Origin: Marispirochaeta sp.
GTDB lineage: Bacteria; Spirochaetota; Spirochaetia; JC444; Marispirochaetaceae
Assembly: GCA_963676835.2 (NCBI GenBank)
Contig: CAXXFF010000004.1
Location: forward strand, 352,001-416,000
Length of the DNA stretch: 64,000 nt
Reading direction: 5' to 3'
Of this stretch, positions 19,508 through 29,739 are shown one piece after another. Numbering within the stretch: the first letter of the stretch is position 1; every line of letters begins with the position of its first letter. The position numbers and the translations under genes were made by a program. The notes beneath the pieces are model-generated. The model searched no databases, was not told the DNA's origin, and worked only from the letters and a program-made list of their open reading frames with translations.

Positions 19508-21199
19508 ATGACGGAAGTTACTCCGGTTAAAAAGTTATTTCTCATTTTAGCAGGGCTTATCCTTGGGTTGATTATCTACGCCGTCTATTTTGTGGGCGGA
19601 TTCTTTACCCTGGCGGGATTCCTGGTTGAAAGAGCCACCCAGCCCGTATCTCTTTCTGTCCCGGCGGAAAAGGCGCTGGAGAACCGACAGGAAATAAGCC
19701 TGGAAAACAGCCTGCTCCAGTTCATCGGCAGGATTAAGCTCGGAGGACTGACCGGAATAGACCAGGATGCGCTAAATGTTCTGGCAGAGCAGGGCCTTGC
19801 CGCCCTGCCGGATCAGCCGGGATACGCCCTTACCGGTATAGAAATTGCACTATCACCGGCCACCATCAAGCTGAATCTCGACCTGGCAGGCAGAACACGC
19901 ATTCCTCTTACCAGTGCTGCAGCTTTGCGGCCGGTCGCTACCAGCTTAAAAATCCAGATACACGCTGTTCCCGGGGAAAAGGGCATGCTGCTCTCTTTGA
20001 AAAAACTCAAGCTCAATAAACTTCCCCTGCCGCTCTCCCTGGTGGAAAGATATCTGACCCCGGAAACAATCAGCTCCTTTGGCCTTCCTCTAGTGCCGGT
20101 GGAGCCTCTGACGGTATCACTGCCCTACACCTGGTTTGATGCAATGCTGCCTGGAGGAATCGAGGTTGCGGGACTGGAAATCAGGCAGGGGATGCTGGCT
20201 GCCAGGCTCAATGTGGACAGCAGACTGAAAACAGATATTCTCAATGAACTTTCACCCTTTTTCCATCAATACGGAACATCCCTCTACGAAGCGGTGGAGG
20301 CTGCATTTCCCGATCCGGACAGCAGCCAGAGGGAACTTCTGCGCACCGCCAGCGAACTGGCAAGAATGTACAGCTCTCCGGATCTTTTTCCCGACCAGCC
20401 CTCCGCCCTTGTGAGTTTACGTGAAAACGAAGTCTGGGCAGAACCGCCGGGGAAAAGTCCCTTTATGCCGGAAGTCGGCAGCGATCTTTTTGCCGGTACC
20501 ATTGTCCGAACCGAAGAAGAATCAAGTCTTGAGATGATCCTCAGAGATGGATCACTCCTTAAGGTGGGGCAGAAAAGCCGGTTTAAACTGGATGTACTGC
20601 CCGAAAACAGTGAAAACCATCTGGCCAGATTCACCCTCGAAGACGGAATTATCCGCGGACAGGTTGCAAGAACCGAAGCAACGGATTTTGCCTTTGCCAC
20701 ACCCCATGCAGTAACCGAGGTGCGGGGCACTGACCTGGTAATAGAAACCGACAGAGGAAAAAAGCTTTCCGTAAAAGTCCTGGTAGGAAGCGTAGCGGTA
20801 ATCCCCGCGTCACAGCAGGAAAGCCTGCTACGGGGTGCGGAAAAACTGCAGGCATCCCGCCGTGAACAAGAGAGCCGGAAAGACCTGCTGCTGCCGGTAG
20901 AGGCATTCTCCGGAGATGAAGCAACAGTAATAGAGAACGAGATTCCCATTCTGACCAGACCGGAGGCGGCTGAAGAAATCCGCAGCAACACCCTCTTCTG
21001 GAGTACTGCTGACGGACTCACAAAAATGGTTACCCACATTATGATAATGGAAGAGGAACAGCGGGAGATCCTCGGACAGGAGCTCGAAAAGAGGATTCCC
21101 CCGGAAGCCATAGACCGCAGCTTCAGCAGGCTGATGGAAAATCCGGATATAGCCGAAACAGTTCATGGATTGGCAATTGAAGGAATTCCCTATCCATGA
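19508..21199 (+). CDS. Membrane-anchored FecR-domain protein with large uncharacterised N-terminal domain
   Basis: N-terminal TM; G..VRT...S.LE..L.DGS.L.V...S, L..G and TPHAVTEVRGT FecR motifs. Confidence 0.7.
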   Translation: MTEVTPVKKLFLILAGLILGLIIYAVYFVGGFFTLAGFLVERATQPVSLSVPAEKALENRQEISLENSLLQFIGRIKLGGLTGIDQDALNVLAEQGLAALPDQPGYALTGIEIALSPATIKLNLDLAGRTRIPLTSAAALRPVATSLKIQIHAVPGEKGMLLSLKKLKLNKLPLPLSLVERYLTPETISSFGLPLVPVEPLTVSLPYTWFDAMLPGGIEVAGLEIRQGMLAARLNVDSRLKTDILNELSPFFHQYGTSLYEAVEAAFPDPDSSQRELLRTASELARMYSSPDLFPDQPSALVSLRENEVWAEPPGKSPFMPEVGSDLFAGTIVRTEEESSLEMILRDGSLLKVGQKSRFKLDVLPENSENHLARFTLEDGIIRGQVARTEATDFAFATPHAVTEVRGTDLVIETDRGKKLSVKVLVGSVAVIPASQQESLLRGAEKLQASRREQESRKDLLLPVEAFSGDEATVIENEIPILTRPEAAEEIRSNTLFWSTADGLTKMVTHIMIMEEEQREILGQELEKRIPPEAIDRSFSRLMENPDIAETVHGLAIEGIPYP

Positions 21200-21244
21200 T
21201 AAGTATTGAAAGGACAGGCATTTGAGAGCAGCAGGATTGTAGTC

Positions 21245-21496
21245 ATGAGCGATAACACGGAAAAGAAAACCACCTATTTTACCACGTCTCTTAAACGGCT
21301 GATTCTGCTTGGAATACCCGTGCTCAATGTTATTGCCGCCCTGCTCTGGACCTATGCCGGCAAAGATGATGAAACCCGTGCCTTCGGCAAAGCGGCACTC
21401 CTGGTAATTATACTTTTTGCCCTGCTGACTCTGGTACTCGGTCTTACTGCCTTTACCTTTCTCTCAACCCGCCTCTTTGAATTAATCCCCGGATAA
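21245..21496 (+). CDS. Small two-TM membrane protein
   Basis: LLGIPVLNVI..LLW...DETRAFGKAALL hydrophobic pattern. Confidence 0.65.
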   Translation: MSDNTEKKTTYFTTSLKRLILLGIPVLNVIAALLWTYAGKDDETRAFGKAALLVIILFALLTLVLGLTAFTFLSTRLFELIPG

Positions 21497-21550
21497 TTTC
21501 CTATTCTCTTTCTGCCCTGATCCCGCTTCTCGCCTATTATGATCCAACTC

Positions 21551-24500
21551 TCAATTCTCTGAAGAATCCGATATTTCGGAGCGGTCTTGTCTGCCCCTCT
21601 TTATTTTCGCCCGGTCATAGAAAAAGCCGTAGAGCAGGGGAATAACCAGCAGGGCACTGAGGGTCGAGAAAATCAGTCCAAAGATGATGGTACTGGCCAT
21701 GGGCCCCCATACAACGGACCGTCCGCCTATGCCGACAGCTGCCGGGATAAGTCCGGCAATAGTGGTAACCGAAGTAAGCAGGATCGGACGCATGCGAATC
21801 TCTGCCGCAGAAAGCACTGCGGAGGAGACAGACTCGCCCCTGTCCCGCTCCTCATTGATAAAGCTTATAAGCACAATGGCATCATTTACTGCTATTCCCG
21901 CCAGGGCCACCGCCGCATACAGTACCGTCGTGGAAAAAGGGGTTCCCGAAACGGCCAGATACAGAACGATTCCCCCGAAGGCAAAGGGCAGCGTAGCCAG
22001 AACAAGAAAGGGCTGGGAATAGGAATTGAACTGGGTACCGAGAATCATGTACATGAGAAAGATTCCAATAAGAAAAATCCGGGCGATCTGAATTATCAGG
22101 TCATCCAGGTCGGAAAACTCTCCTCCCACCTGAAGCTCCAGATCAAGGGCACCGGGACGAACCTCTTCATCGAAATAGCGTTCAATTTCAGCATTGATTT
22201 CCCTTATGCGGCTTTCATCCCAGGCAGAGGCCTCCACGGTTACTTCCCGTTTGCCGTCAAGCCGCTTGATACTCGCAGGAGGATCACCCTCCACAATACG
22301 GGCAATGGATGAGAAGGGAATCATCTTTCCCGAAGGAGAGGGAATTTTCATATTTTCAATTGCAGCAACACCGGAGCTGGTATGGGAAAAATCGTAGTTT
22401 ACCCGAATATCCAGCTCCTTATTTTCACCAAAGAAAACCCCTGCACTGGTTCCGTCTATAACGCCGCGCAGATAGGCCCCCACTGATGCGACACTCAAGC
22501 CAAGTTCGGCAGCGCGGACCTCATCGACCCTTATGCGCAGTTCAGGAGTGCCTGCATCAATATTGTTTTTGATATTATACAGTTCCGGATACTCATCCAG
22601 TCTGGCAGTAATTGCTGAGGCAATATCCTGCAGCTGCCGGTAATCGTCACCAAAAACCCTATAGGATACCGGAGCAGAAACAGGAGGACCGTTGGTGGCC
22701 TTCCTGAAACTCACTTCTTCTGCACCGGCAAAGGTCCGGATACGCTCCTGAGTCTCCTGCATTATTTCACCGATGGACCTCTCCCTGCCCTCTGAGCGCT
22801 CCGGGAGATCAACAATAATCTGCCCTCTGCTGCTGAGGTAACTGCCGCCGGAATCTCCGCTGCCGAATCCGATGGTTGACAGCACCCCTGTGATTTCTCC
22901 ATTCCCCAGAGAGGGCAGAACAGCATCTTCAATCCGGGAAAGAAATTGTCCGGTAATCTCCGCCGAGGTTCCTGCGGGCATCTCAACATCAATATAAAAA
23001 AGGGTAAAATCCTCGGCACTGAAAAGATCCTGTTTTACAAAAGGGGAAAGACTGAAAAGACCGGTTACCAGCAGTACAAGAATAAGCAGGCTTAACCCCC
23101 GGCGCCTGTAGAGATGCCCGGCGAGGGAACGAAACCGCTTCTGCAGCCGCCGGACCGGCCGGTCCAGCAGTCCTGCAGCCTGCTTCTTACCCCCGGGCCA
23201 GTCGGCATAGTGGGAGGGTAGAAAAAAAAGAGCTTCCAGGGTGGATGCCGCCAGGGCAACGGAGACCGTAAAGGGTATAACCCGTAAAAAGCGGCCGATT
23301 GTCCCGGGAAGAATCATCAGCGGCAGAAATGCGGCTACCGTTGTGGCGGAAGCGGCAATTACCGGCCATACAACCTGGTCCGTCCCCTTTACTGCGGCTT
23401 CATGCCGGACCAGACCCTGCTGCTGCAGACGGTAGGCATTCTCTGTAATGACAATGGCATGGTCAACAATCAATCCCAGCACCAGAACCAGTCCGAAGAG
23501 GGTGTTTGTATTCAGGGTTTCCCCGCTGAACTCGAGAATAAGAAATGTCAGGGCAAAGGTTACAGGAATTCCCAGGCTGGTTATAAGGGCGTTTCTCAAA
23601 CCGGTAAACAGAAAGAGAATAAGAACCACCAGAAACAGCCCGAAAAGGGCATTTGACTGCAGAACACCGATACTTTGACTTATCTGCACCGTGGAATCAC
23701 TGAAGAGCTCAGTGTTGATCCCCACAGGCATGTACCGGGAAAAATCATTGAGCTCATCCCGGACACTCTCCACGATGGATGCGGAATCGCCGCCGCTGAC
23801 CTTGGTAATTTCCAGGTAAAGTGCGGGACGCCCGTTAAAACGGACGCTGCTGCCGACAGGATCATAAACTTCGCGGATTTTTCCGAGATCCTCAATACGT
23901 ACAGTTTTTCCCCCGGAGGAACCCCTCAGGACAACCGTATCTGCATACGCACGGAAATCCTCAAGCTCTCCGGAGGTTCTCAGCACATATTCCCGCAGAT
24001 CGGTCTGCACCGTACCGGCAGGGACGGAGACCGCCCGTGAAGCCACGGCGGTACTTACCTGATTAAGGGAAATCCCGTAGGACTCGAGGATTACCGGATC
24101 GAGACTGATTTCGATATACCGGTCCCTGTCGCCGACGATTTCCGCCGATGCAACCTGACTGAGCCCCTCCAGGCGGGACTGCAGTGAGCCGGCGGTTCTG
24201 CTGAGGAGATCAAAACCGGTATCCCCGTAGAGAATTACCTGCACCACCGGCAGAAAGTCTGCTGCGGAAAAATCATCAAGCACCGGAGAGAGGACGCCGT
24301 CTGGAAGAACAACTCCGGAAAAACGGGTCCGGACCTCCTGATAGAGCCGCAGGAACTCATCCCGGTTCAAGCCGTCGTCAAACTCAAGCCGGAGACTTGC
24401 CACCCCTTCGGAGCTTACAGAACTCATTTTCTTGAGATCCTGCATATCCTCCATGGCATTCTCGATTTTTACCGTTACCGTTTTCTCTATATCCTCCGCC

Positions 24501-24664
24501 GAGGTTCCCGGCCAGGGAACAGTAATAATTACCCAGTTGAAAGGGACTTCGGAAAACTGCTCCCGGGGAAGCCGCATCAGACTGAGAGCCCCCAGCAGCA
24601 GTACCGCAGTCATGAGAATATTTACAAAGACCCTGTTTTTAACCGAGAAAGAGCCGATACTCAC
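21551..24664 (-). CDS. RND efflux permease (AcrB/AcrD/AcrF family)
   Basis: 1037 aa; LGLIVDHAIVITEN, GIAVNDAIV, RMRPILLTSVTT. Confidence 0.95.
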   Translation of the reverse strand: MSIGSFSVKNRVFVNILMTAVLLLGALSLMRLPREQFSEVPFNWVIITVPWPGTSAEDIEKTVTVKIENAMEDMQDLKKMSSVSSEGVASLRLEFDDGLNRDEFLRLYQEVRTRFSGVVLPDGVLSPVLDDFSAADFLPVVQVILYGDTGFDLLSRTAGSLQSRLEGLSQVASAEIVGDRDRYIEISLDPVILESYGISLNQVSTAVASRAVSVPAGTVQTDLREYVLRTSGELEDFRAYADTVVLRGSSGGKTVRIEDLGKIREVYDPVGSSVRFNGRPALYLEITKVSGGDSASIVESVRDELNDFSRYMPVGINTELFSDSTVQISQSIGVLQSNALFGLFLVVLILFLFTGLRNALITSLGIPVTFALTFLILEFSGETLNTNTLFGLVLVLGLIVDHAIVITENAYRLQQQGLVRHEAAVKGTDQVVWPVIAASATTVAAFLPLMILPGTIGRFLRVIPFTVSVALAASTLEALFFLPSHYADWPGGKKQAAGLLDRPVRRLQKRFRSLAGHLYRRRGLSLLILVLLVTGLFSLSPFVKQDLFSAEDFTLFYIDVEMPAGTSAEITGQFLSRIEDAVLPSLGNGEITGVLSTIGFGSGDSGGSYLSSRGQIIVDLPERSEGRERSIGEIMQETQERIRTFAGAEEVSFRKATNGPPVSAPVSYRVFGDDYRQLQDIASAITARLDEYPELYNIKNNIDAGTPELRIRVDEVRAAELGLSVASVGAYLRGVIDGTSAGVFFGENKELDIRVNYDFSHTSSGVAAIENMKIPSPSGKMIPFSSIARIVEGDPPASIKRLDGKREVTVEASAWDESRIREINAEIERYFDEEVRPGALDLELQVGGEFSDLDDLIIQIARIFLIGIFLMYMILGTQFNSYSQPFLVLATLPFAFGGIVLYLAVSGTPFSTTVLYAAVALAGIAVNDAIVLISFINEERDRGESVSSAVLSAAEIRMRPILLTSVTTIAGLIPAAVGIGGRSVVWGPMASTIIFGLIFSTLSALLVIPLLYGFFYDRAKIKRGRQDRSEISDSSEN

Positions 24665-25764
24665 CGATCACCGTCCACCACTTTGGCGCCGCGCTCAACC
24701 ACGGTCACATCGACGGGAGATCCGTCACTGATGCGGCGGGTGCCGGAAATAATAACCAGACTCCCCGGCTCCAGTCCCCGGAATATCACTACAAAATCAC
24801 CCATGGATTCACCGGGACTGACAGTGCGCCGTACAGCCCGTCCTTTTTCCGCAACATACAGATAGGAGGCGGAGCCGCTGTTCATCAGGGCGGAGGCCGG
24901 CACCAACAGCCGGGAGGGCTCCAGATTGGTCTCTATCTCAACCCGGGCAGCCATTCCTGATTTAAGGGTCAGATCTTCGGGAACAGAAAAGGTAATTACC
25001 GCCTGATATCCTCCGGAATCATCCCGGATTCCCGAGGCAACCGCACTCACCGTGCCGGGAAGACCTTCTCCCGGGAGATTCCCCGGATAAATACGCACAG
25101 CCGCACCGGGGCCTACAAGATTAGTCTGCCGCTCCCCAAGATCCGCATAAATACTGTAGGCGCTTGTATCAACTACCTGTGCCACAGCAGTACCGGCGGT
25201 CAGATAATTTCCTGCGGATGAATCCGGATCAGTCCAGGCAACTACCCCGTCCAGGGGAGAGCTTATGGTGCGGTCTTTAAGGTCTTTCACCGCCTGTTCC
25301 CAGGCTGCCCGGGCACCGCTTTCGGCACTTCTGGCCCGAAGCAGATCGGTTCTGGACGCATTGCCTTTTTCATGAAGACTGCTGATCGCATCCAGGTCCA
25401 GCCGGGCATTTTCCCAGGAGGCCTTTGCCTGTTCCGCAGTCAGGCGGCTGATGGTATCATCCAGCCCGGCTATCTTGTCACCCTTCTTTACCTTCTGGCC
25501 GGGGACAACATCAAAGGACTGGACAATTCCCCGGGCCTCTGAAACCACCAGAGCTTCATTAATTCCCCGGATTCTTCCAGCAGTGATAACGGTACCATAG
25601 AGTCTGCCCTCTTCAACCTTTACCGCCTCAACAGCGCTGGAGAGCTCCTCTGAAGAGTCCCAGGTAGCAGAACTGATGGAATCTTCTTTTCCGGAGCAGC
25701 CTGAGACAATTACCAGCATTACGAGGCTGAAAATTGAGAGAATACCTGCAGTTGCGGTTTTCAT
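24661..25764 (-). CDS. RND periplasmic adaptor (membrane fusion lipoprotein)
   Basis: VIVSG-C lipobox, GQKVKKGD, ISSPLDGVV, LKSGMAARV, VPASAL; start moved to ATG 25764. Confidence 0.9.
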   Translation of the reverse strand: MKTATAGILSIFSLVMLVIVSGCSGKEDSISSATWDSSEELSSAVEAVKVEEGRLYGTVITAGRIRGINEALVVSEARGIVQSFDVVPGQKVKKGDKIAGLDDTISRLTAEQAKASWENARLDLDAISSLHEKGNASRTDLLRARSAESGARAAWEQAVKDLKDRTISSPLDGVVAWTDPDSSAGNYLTAGTAVAQVVDTSAYSIYADLGERQTNLVGPGAAVRIYPGNLPGEGLPGTVSAVASGIRDDSGGYQAVITFSVPEDLTLKSGMAARVEIETNLEPSRLLVPASALMNSGSASYLYVAEKGRAVRRTVSPGESMGDFVVIFRGLEPGSLVIISGTRRISDGSPVDVTVVERGAKVVDGDR

Positions 25765-25861
25765 ATATTGAAAATACAATACAGAAAATACCGATTCAAG
25801 CAATTCTCGAAATTTCAAACCCATTTTATGATATGATTCCCGGAAGGAAAGAGGGAAAAGC

Positions 25862-27277
25862 ATGACCAACAATCCTGAACAGCTTGAACATGAACTGAAA
25901 AAATCCTACGGATCCCGTATCCATATCTCCAAAGCCCCTATCCCGGCAGACAGCGCATATGTGATTCTCTGGGTACAGCAGGCTATACGGATAAAGAACA
26001 ATCACGCCCTGACTGCGGCAATACAGATTGCCAACAGCCTGAACCTTCCCCTCTACGCCTACTATGGGCTTTTTCCCCGCTACCCCGGGGCCAACGCACG
26101 GCACTTCTCCTTTCTGCTCCAGGGGATCATCGACCTCGAGGCTGAACTGGACAAAGCCGGAATCCCGCTGGTCCTTGATCTTGCAGAACCTCCGGAAGGT
26201 GTGCGGAAAACCCTTAAAAATGCTGCCTGGCTGGTATGTGACAGCGGATATACTGCCATTCAGCGCAAATGGCGCAGACAGCTGCTTGATCATCCCCCCT
26301 GCCCTCTGGCAATCCTTGAATCGGATATTGTAGTCCCCGCAGCCCAGGCTTCAGGAAAAGAGGAGTATGCAGCGGCCACCATACGCCCGAAAATACGGCG
26401 GCTTACGGATCTTTACCTCTCTCCTGTACATACTCCGGAACTGAAAAACCGCCGCAGCAGGCTGCAGCCTGTCCCTTTTCCGACGGTTTCTCCCGTAAGC
26501 CCCAAAGACGCCCTGAACAGGCTGGAAGAGCTCGGAGTGGACATGAGCACAGGCCCGGTCGACTCGATAAGCGGAGGAGAGTCCGCAGCAGAAAGAACCC
26601 TGGAGAAGTTTATTGAAGGCAGCCTGCGCCATTATCATGATTCCCGCAATGATCCGGGCCTCAATATCCAATCCGAACTCAGTCCCTACCTCCATTTCGG
26701 CCAGATTTCACCTCTGACTGCAGCCCTTGCGGTAATGGAAGCATCATCAGACGACCCCGCACTGTTAGAAGGTGCCGGAGGATTTCTTGAACAGCTGATA
26801 GTGCGTAAAGAGCTGGCAATTAACTTTGTGCTCCACAACCCTCATTGCAATGGCCCCCAATCGGTTCCGGAATGGGCAGCAGCAACACTGGACAGCCACA
26901 GCTTTGAGCGGAAAACCGAGCCTTACAGCTATGAGCAGATGCTTGCGGGAGAAACCGGTGATCAGTACTGGAATGCCGCCCAGCATGAACTGGTAAGCAC
27001 CGGCAAAATGCACGGGTATATGCGTATGTACTGGGGAAAAAAGGTTCTCGAATGGACTGCCGACTGGCGGGAAGCCTACAACCTGCTGGTAAACTGGAAT
27101 GATACCTACAGCCTCGACGGCAGAGACCCCAACGGCTATGCCGGAATCGCCTGGGTTTTCGGCAAACACGACCGACCCTTTCCGGAGCGTCCGCGATTCG
27201 GCAAAGTACGCTCCATGGTAGCAGCAGGGCTGAAGCGGAAATTCGAGATGGATCTTTATCTGTCCAGAAACGGTTAA
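25862..27277 (+). CDS. phrB: Class II CPD photolyase
   Basis: LSPYLHFGQIS, WNAAQ, GKMHGYMRMYWGKK, DGRDPNGY, GKHDRP. Confidence 0.92.
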   Translation: MTNNPEQLEHELKKSYGSRIHISKAPIPADSAYVILWVQQAIRIKNNHALTAAIQIANSLNLPLYAYYGLFPRYPGANARHFSFLLQGIIDLEAELDKAGIPLVLDLAEPPEGVRKTLKNAAWLVCDSGYTAIQRKWRRQLLDHPPCPLAILESDIVVPAAQASGKEEYAAATIRPKIRRLTDLYLSPVHTPELKNRRSRLQPVPFPTVSPVSPKDALNRLEELGVDMSTGPVDSISGGESAAERTLEKFIEGSLRHYHDSRNDPGLNIQSELSPYLHFGQISPLTAALAVMEASSDDPALLEGAGGFLEQLIVRKELAINFVLHNPHCNGPQSVPEWAAATLDSHSFERKTEPYSYEQMLAGETGDQYWNAAQHELVSTGKMHGYMRMYWGKKVLEWTADWREAYNLLVNWNDTYSLDGRDPNGYAGIAWVFGKHDRPFPERPRFGKVRSMVAAGLKRKFEMDLYLSRNG

Positions 27278-27369
27278 GCGAAATACGAACAGAAATCCCC
27301 GCCCACCCCTGTTAACAATGAAAGCTATAGTGGTATTATCCTAAAAAAGCTGAACAGGACCGGAATTTC

Positions 27370-29697
27370 ATGGATAACTTCCTCGACAGACTGGATAAGG
27401 AAATAGATACTTTCGATCAGCGCTTCTCAGATATCCAGAAAGCACTGAATTCACTTTCCGCCATCCCGGCGGCACCTCCAGTCCGGGAAACAGCTGTTTC
27501 AACTCCGGAAAACAACCTCCCCGGAGAATCCCTTTTCGACAACATAATAGGCAGAACCCTTTACGGAACAATATTCAGCTTCGATTCGGGAACCGCCGAC
27601 GAAACCAGTTTCTCGATTATTGTCGACAACACCAGCGATCCGGTTATCCTGCTCAACCGCCATGGAGAAGTTATCCGCTTCAATCCTCCCTTTGCAGAAC
27701 TTTCCGGCTTCAGCCTGCATGAACTGGAAAGCCGGGATATTCTGAACTGGATTCCCGACACCTACCATCCGGCATTGAAGGCACAGTTCGCCAGGGTACT
27801 TCAGTCCGGAGAAGAACATCTTCTGCCGGAAGACAGCATTGCCGTAGTACGTACCCGCAGTAAACGGGGAGAATACATCTCCCTTGAATGCCTGTTTACC
27901 GTCTATTTTCACAACGGAGAACCGGAAGTTGCGGTTATTCTCCGGGACATTGCCCGCAGTCAGGAAATTGTCTCCCAGCTTTCTGAAAGCAAAGAAGAAT
28001 TTGAAAACCTCTCGGAATCAATAACCGAAGCCCTGCTGCGAATCTCCGAGGATTTTTCCATTATATTTGCCAACTCAGCGGTTCACTCCACCTTCGGCTA
28101 CACCAGGGAAGAACTTCTTTCAATGTCCCTGCGGGACCTGTTTCCCCCGGAGATATTCAGCCGGCACGAAGAGGAGTTCAGAAAATACTTCTATGTAGAT
28201 GATAAAGACCGCCGCGATCTGGGCCTCAAACGAACTCTCGAACTCCTGGGGCGTCACAAGTCGCGGGGGATTCTTCCCATGGAAATGTCCTTCGGCAACT
28301 CCGCTAGTTTTCAGGGACGAACCCTTACCTGTATTATTCGGGACATCAGCCGGCGCAAGGATACGGAGCGGCGCCTGCGCACCCTGGCCTATTACGACCA
28401 GCTTACCGGTCTCGGCAACCGGGATCTCTTTGTCAAAGAGATTAAAGATCTGCTTAAACGCTGCGGGTCTGATGATGACAGGTGCGCCTCCCTCTTTTTT
28501 CTTGATCTGGACGGATTCAAGCAGGTTAACGACACCCTGGGTCATGAGGCAGGAGACGAACTGCTGGTAGCCGTTTCTCACCGCCTGAGGGGTTCACTGC
28601 GCAACAGCGACGCCATCTACCGTTTTGGCGGTGATGAGTTTGTGCTGCTGCTGGCCTCGGTACCGGATGAGCAGGCTACGTCAAGAATTGCATCCAAGCT
28701 GCTCCACAATCTCTCCACCCCCTTTCAGCTGAAGACCCCCAATACGGCAAACAAAGAAGAGAGCACCACAATCCGGGTGGGTGCCAGTATCGGTATAGCC
28801 ATGATTCCCCGGGACGGCAGGGATATAAACAAGCTCACCAAACGGGCCGATCTTGCCATGTATACCGCCAAGGAATCGGGAAAAAACCGTTTTCACTTTT
28901 TTGAAGAAGGTATGGATACAAAGGCCGTAGAAAGGCTCCACCTTGAACAGGGCATACGGGAAGCCCTGGGAAGCGGCGGCTTCCACCTCTGTTTCCAGCC
29001 CATCGTTGACCGTGAAGGGCATATCTACGGCGCGGAGGCACTGGTACGCTGGGACAGCTCTGAATACGGTTCTGTTTCCCCCGAAGTTTTTATTCCCATT
29101 GCGGAAGAGACCGGCATGATCATACCCCTGGGCAACTGGATTATCGATCAGGCCTGCCGCAAGCTGAAAGATCTTCAGGATTCGGGGATTGAAGGGTTCA
29201 CCTTCTCCATCAACCTCTCCATGAATCAGTTTCTCGATAAAAACACCTGCCTGGTTCTTCAGACGGTAATAAACAAGTATCAGCTTAACCCGGAGAACCT
29301 GCTTATAGAACTGACCGAGTCGAATATAATGAAAGACCCGGAGAATACAATCCGGCAGATTCACCAACTGAAGAATGATAACCCGGGTATCCGCTTTGCC
29401 ATAGACGACTTCGGAACCGGCTACTCCTCTCTCAACTACCTGAGCCGGCTGCCCCTGGATATTATCAAGATCGACCGCTCTTTTATTATGGATCTTCACG
29501 AAGAACAGAATCTGAAAGTGGTAAGTGCCGTGATCAACCTGGCGGAAAACCTGGACCTGGGTTACATTGCCGAAGGGGTGGAAACGGAAGAACAGTACAC
29601 AATGCTCCATGAATGGGGCTGCCCCTATATGCAAGGGTATTATCTCCACAGGCCGATGGAGTTCAGTGCTCTGCACACCCTGCTCCACCAAATTTGA
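27370..29697 (+). CDS. PAS-PAS-GGDEF-EAL protein
   Basis: YDQLTGLGNR, RNSD..RFGGDEF, EALVRW, DDFGTGYSS, AEGVE. Confidence 0.95.
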   Translation: MDNFLDRLDKEIDTFDQRFSDIQKALNSLSAIPAAPPVRETAVSTPENNLPGESLFDNIIGRTLYGTIFSFDSGTADETSFSIIVDNTSDPVILLNRHGEVIRFNPPFAELSGFSLHELESRDILNWIPDTYHPALKAQFARVLQSGEEHLLPEDSIAVVRTRSKRGEYISLECLFTVYFHNGEPEVAVILRDIARSQEIVSQLSESKEEFENLSESITEALLRISEDFSIIFANSAVHSTFGYTREELLSMSLRDLFPPEIFSRHEEEFRKYFYVDDKDRRDLGLKRTLELLGRHKSRGILPMEMSFGNSASFQGRTLTCIIRDISRRKDTERRLRTLAYYDQLTGLGNRDLFVKEIKDLLKRCGSDDDRCASLFFLDLDGFKQVNDTLGHEAGDELLVAVSHRLRGSLRNSDAIYRFGGDEFVLLLASVPDEQATSRIASKLLHNLSTPFQLKTPNTANKEESTTIRVGASIGIAMIPRDGRDINKLTKRADLAMYTAKESGKNRFHFFEEGMDTKAVERLHLEQGIREALGSGGFHLCFQPIVDREGHIYGAEALVRWDSSEYGSVSPEVFIPIAEETGMIIPLGNWIIDQACRKLKDLQDSGIEGFTFSINLSMNQFLDKNTCLVLQTVINKYQLNPENLLIELTESNIMKDPENTIRQIHQLKNDNPGIRFAIDDFGTGYSSLNYLSRLPLDIIKIDRSFIMDLHEEQNLKVVSAVINLAENLDLGYIAEGVETEEQYTMLHEWGCPYMQGYYLHRPMEFSALHTLLHQI

Positions 29698-29723
29698 CAA
29701 CAATCTTCCGGAATACCTATAAT
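29694..29723 (+). promoter_or_regulatory. Consensus sigma70 promoter
   Basis: TTGACA 29694-29699, 18 nt, TATAAT 29718-29723; AGGA SD before ATG 29740. Confidence 0.75.
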
Positions 29724-29739
29724 TTTATCCAGGAATTAT

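Noticed and set aside
21551..25764. RND pump lacking an adjacent TolC
   Set aside because: Common arrangement; the outer-membrane factor is often encoded elsewhere.
28681..29703. 340-aa minus-strand ORF
   Set aside because: Antisense shadow of the EAL domain.
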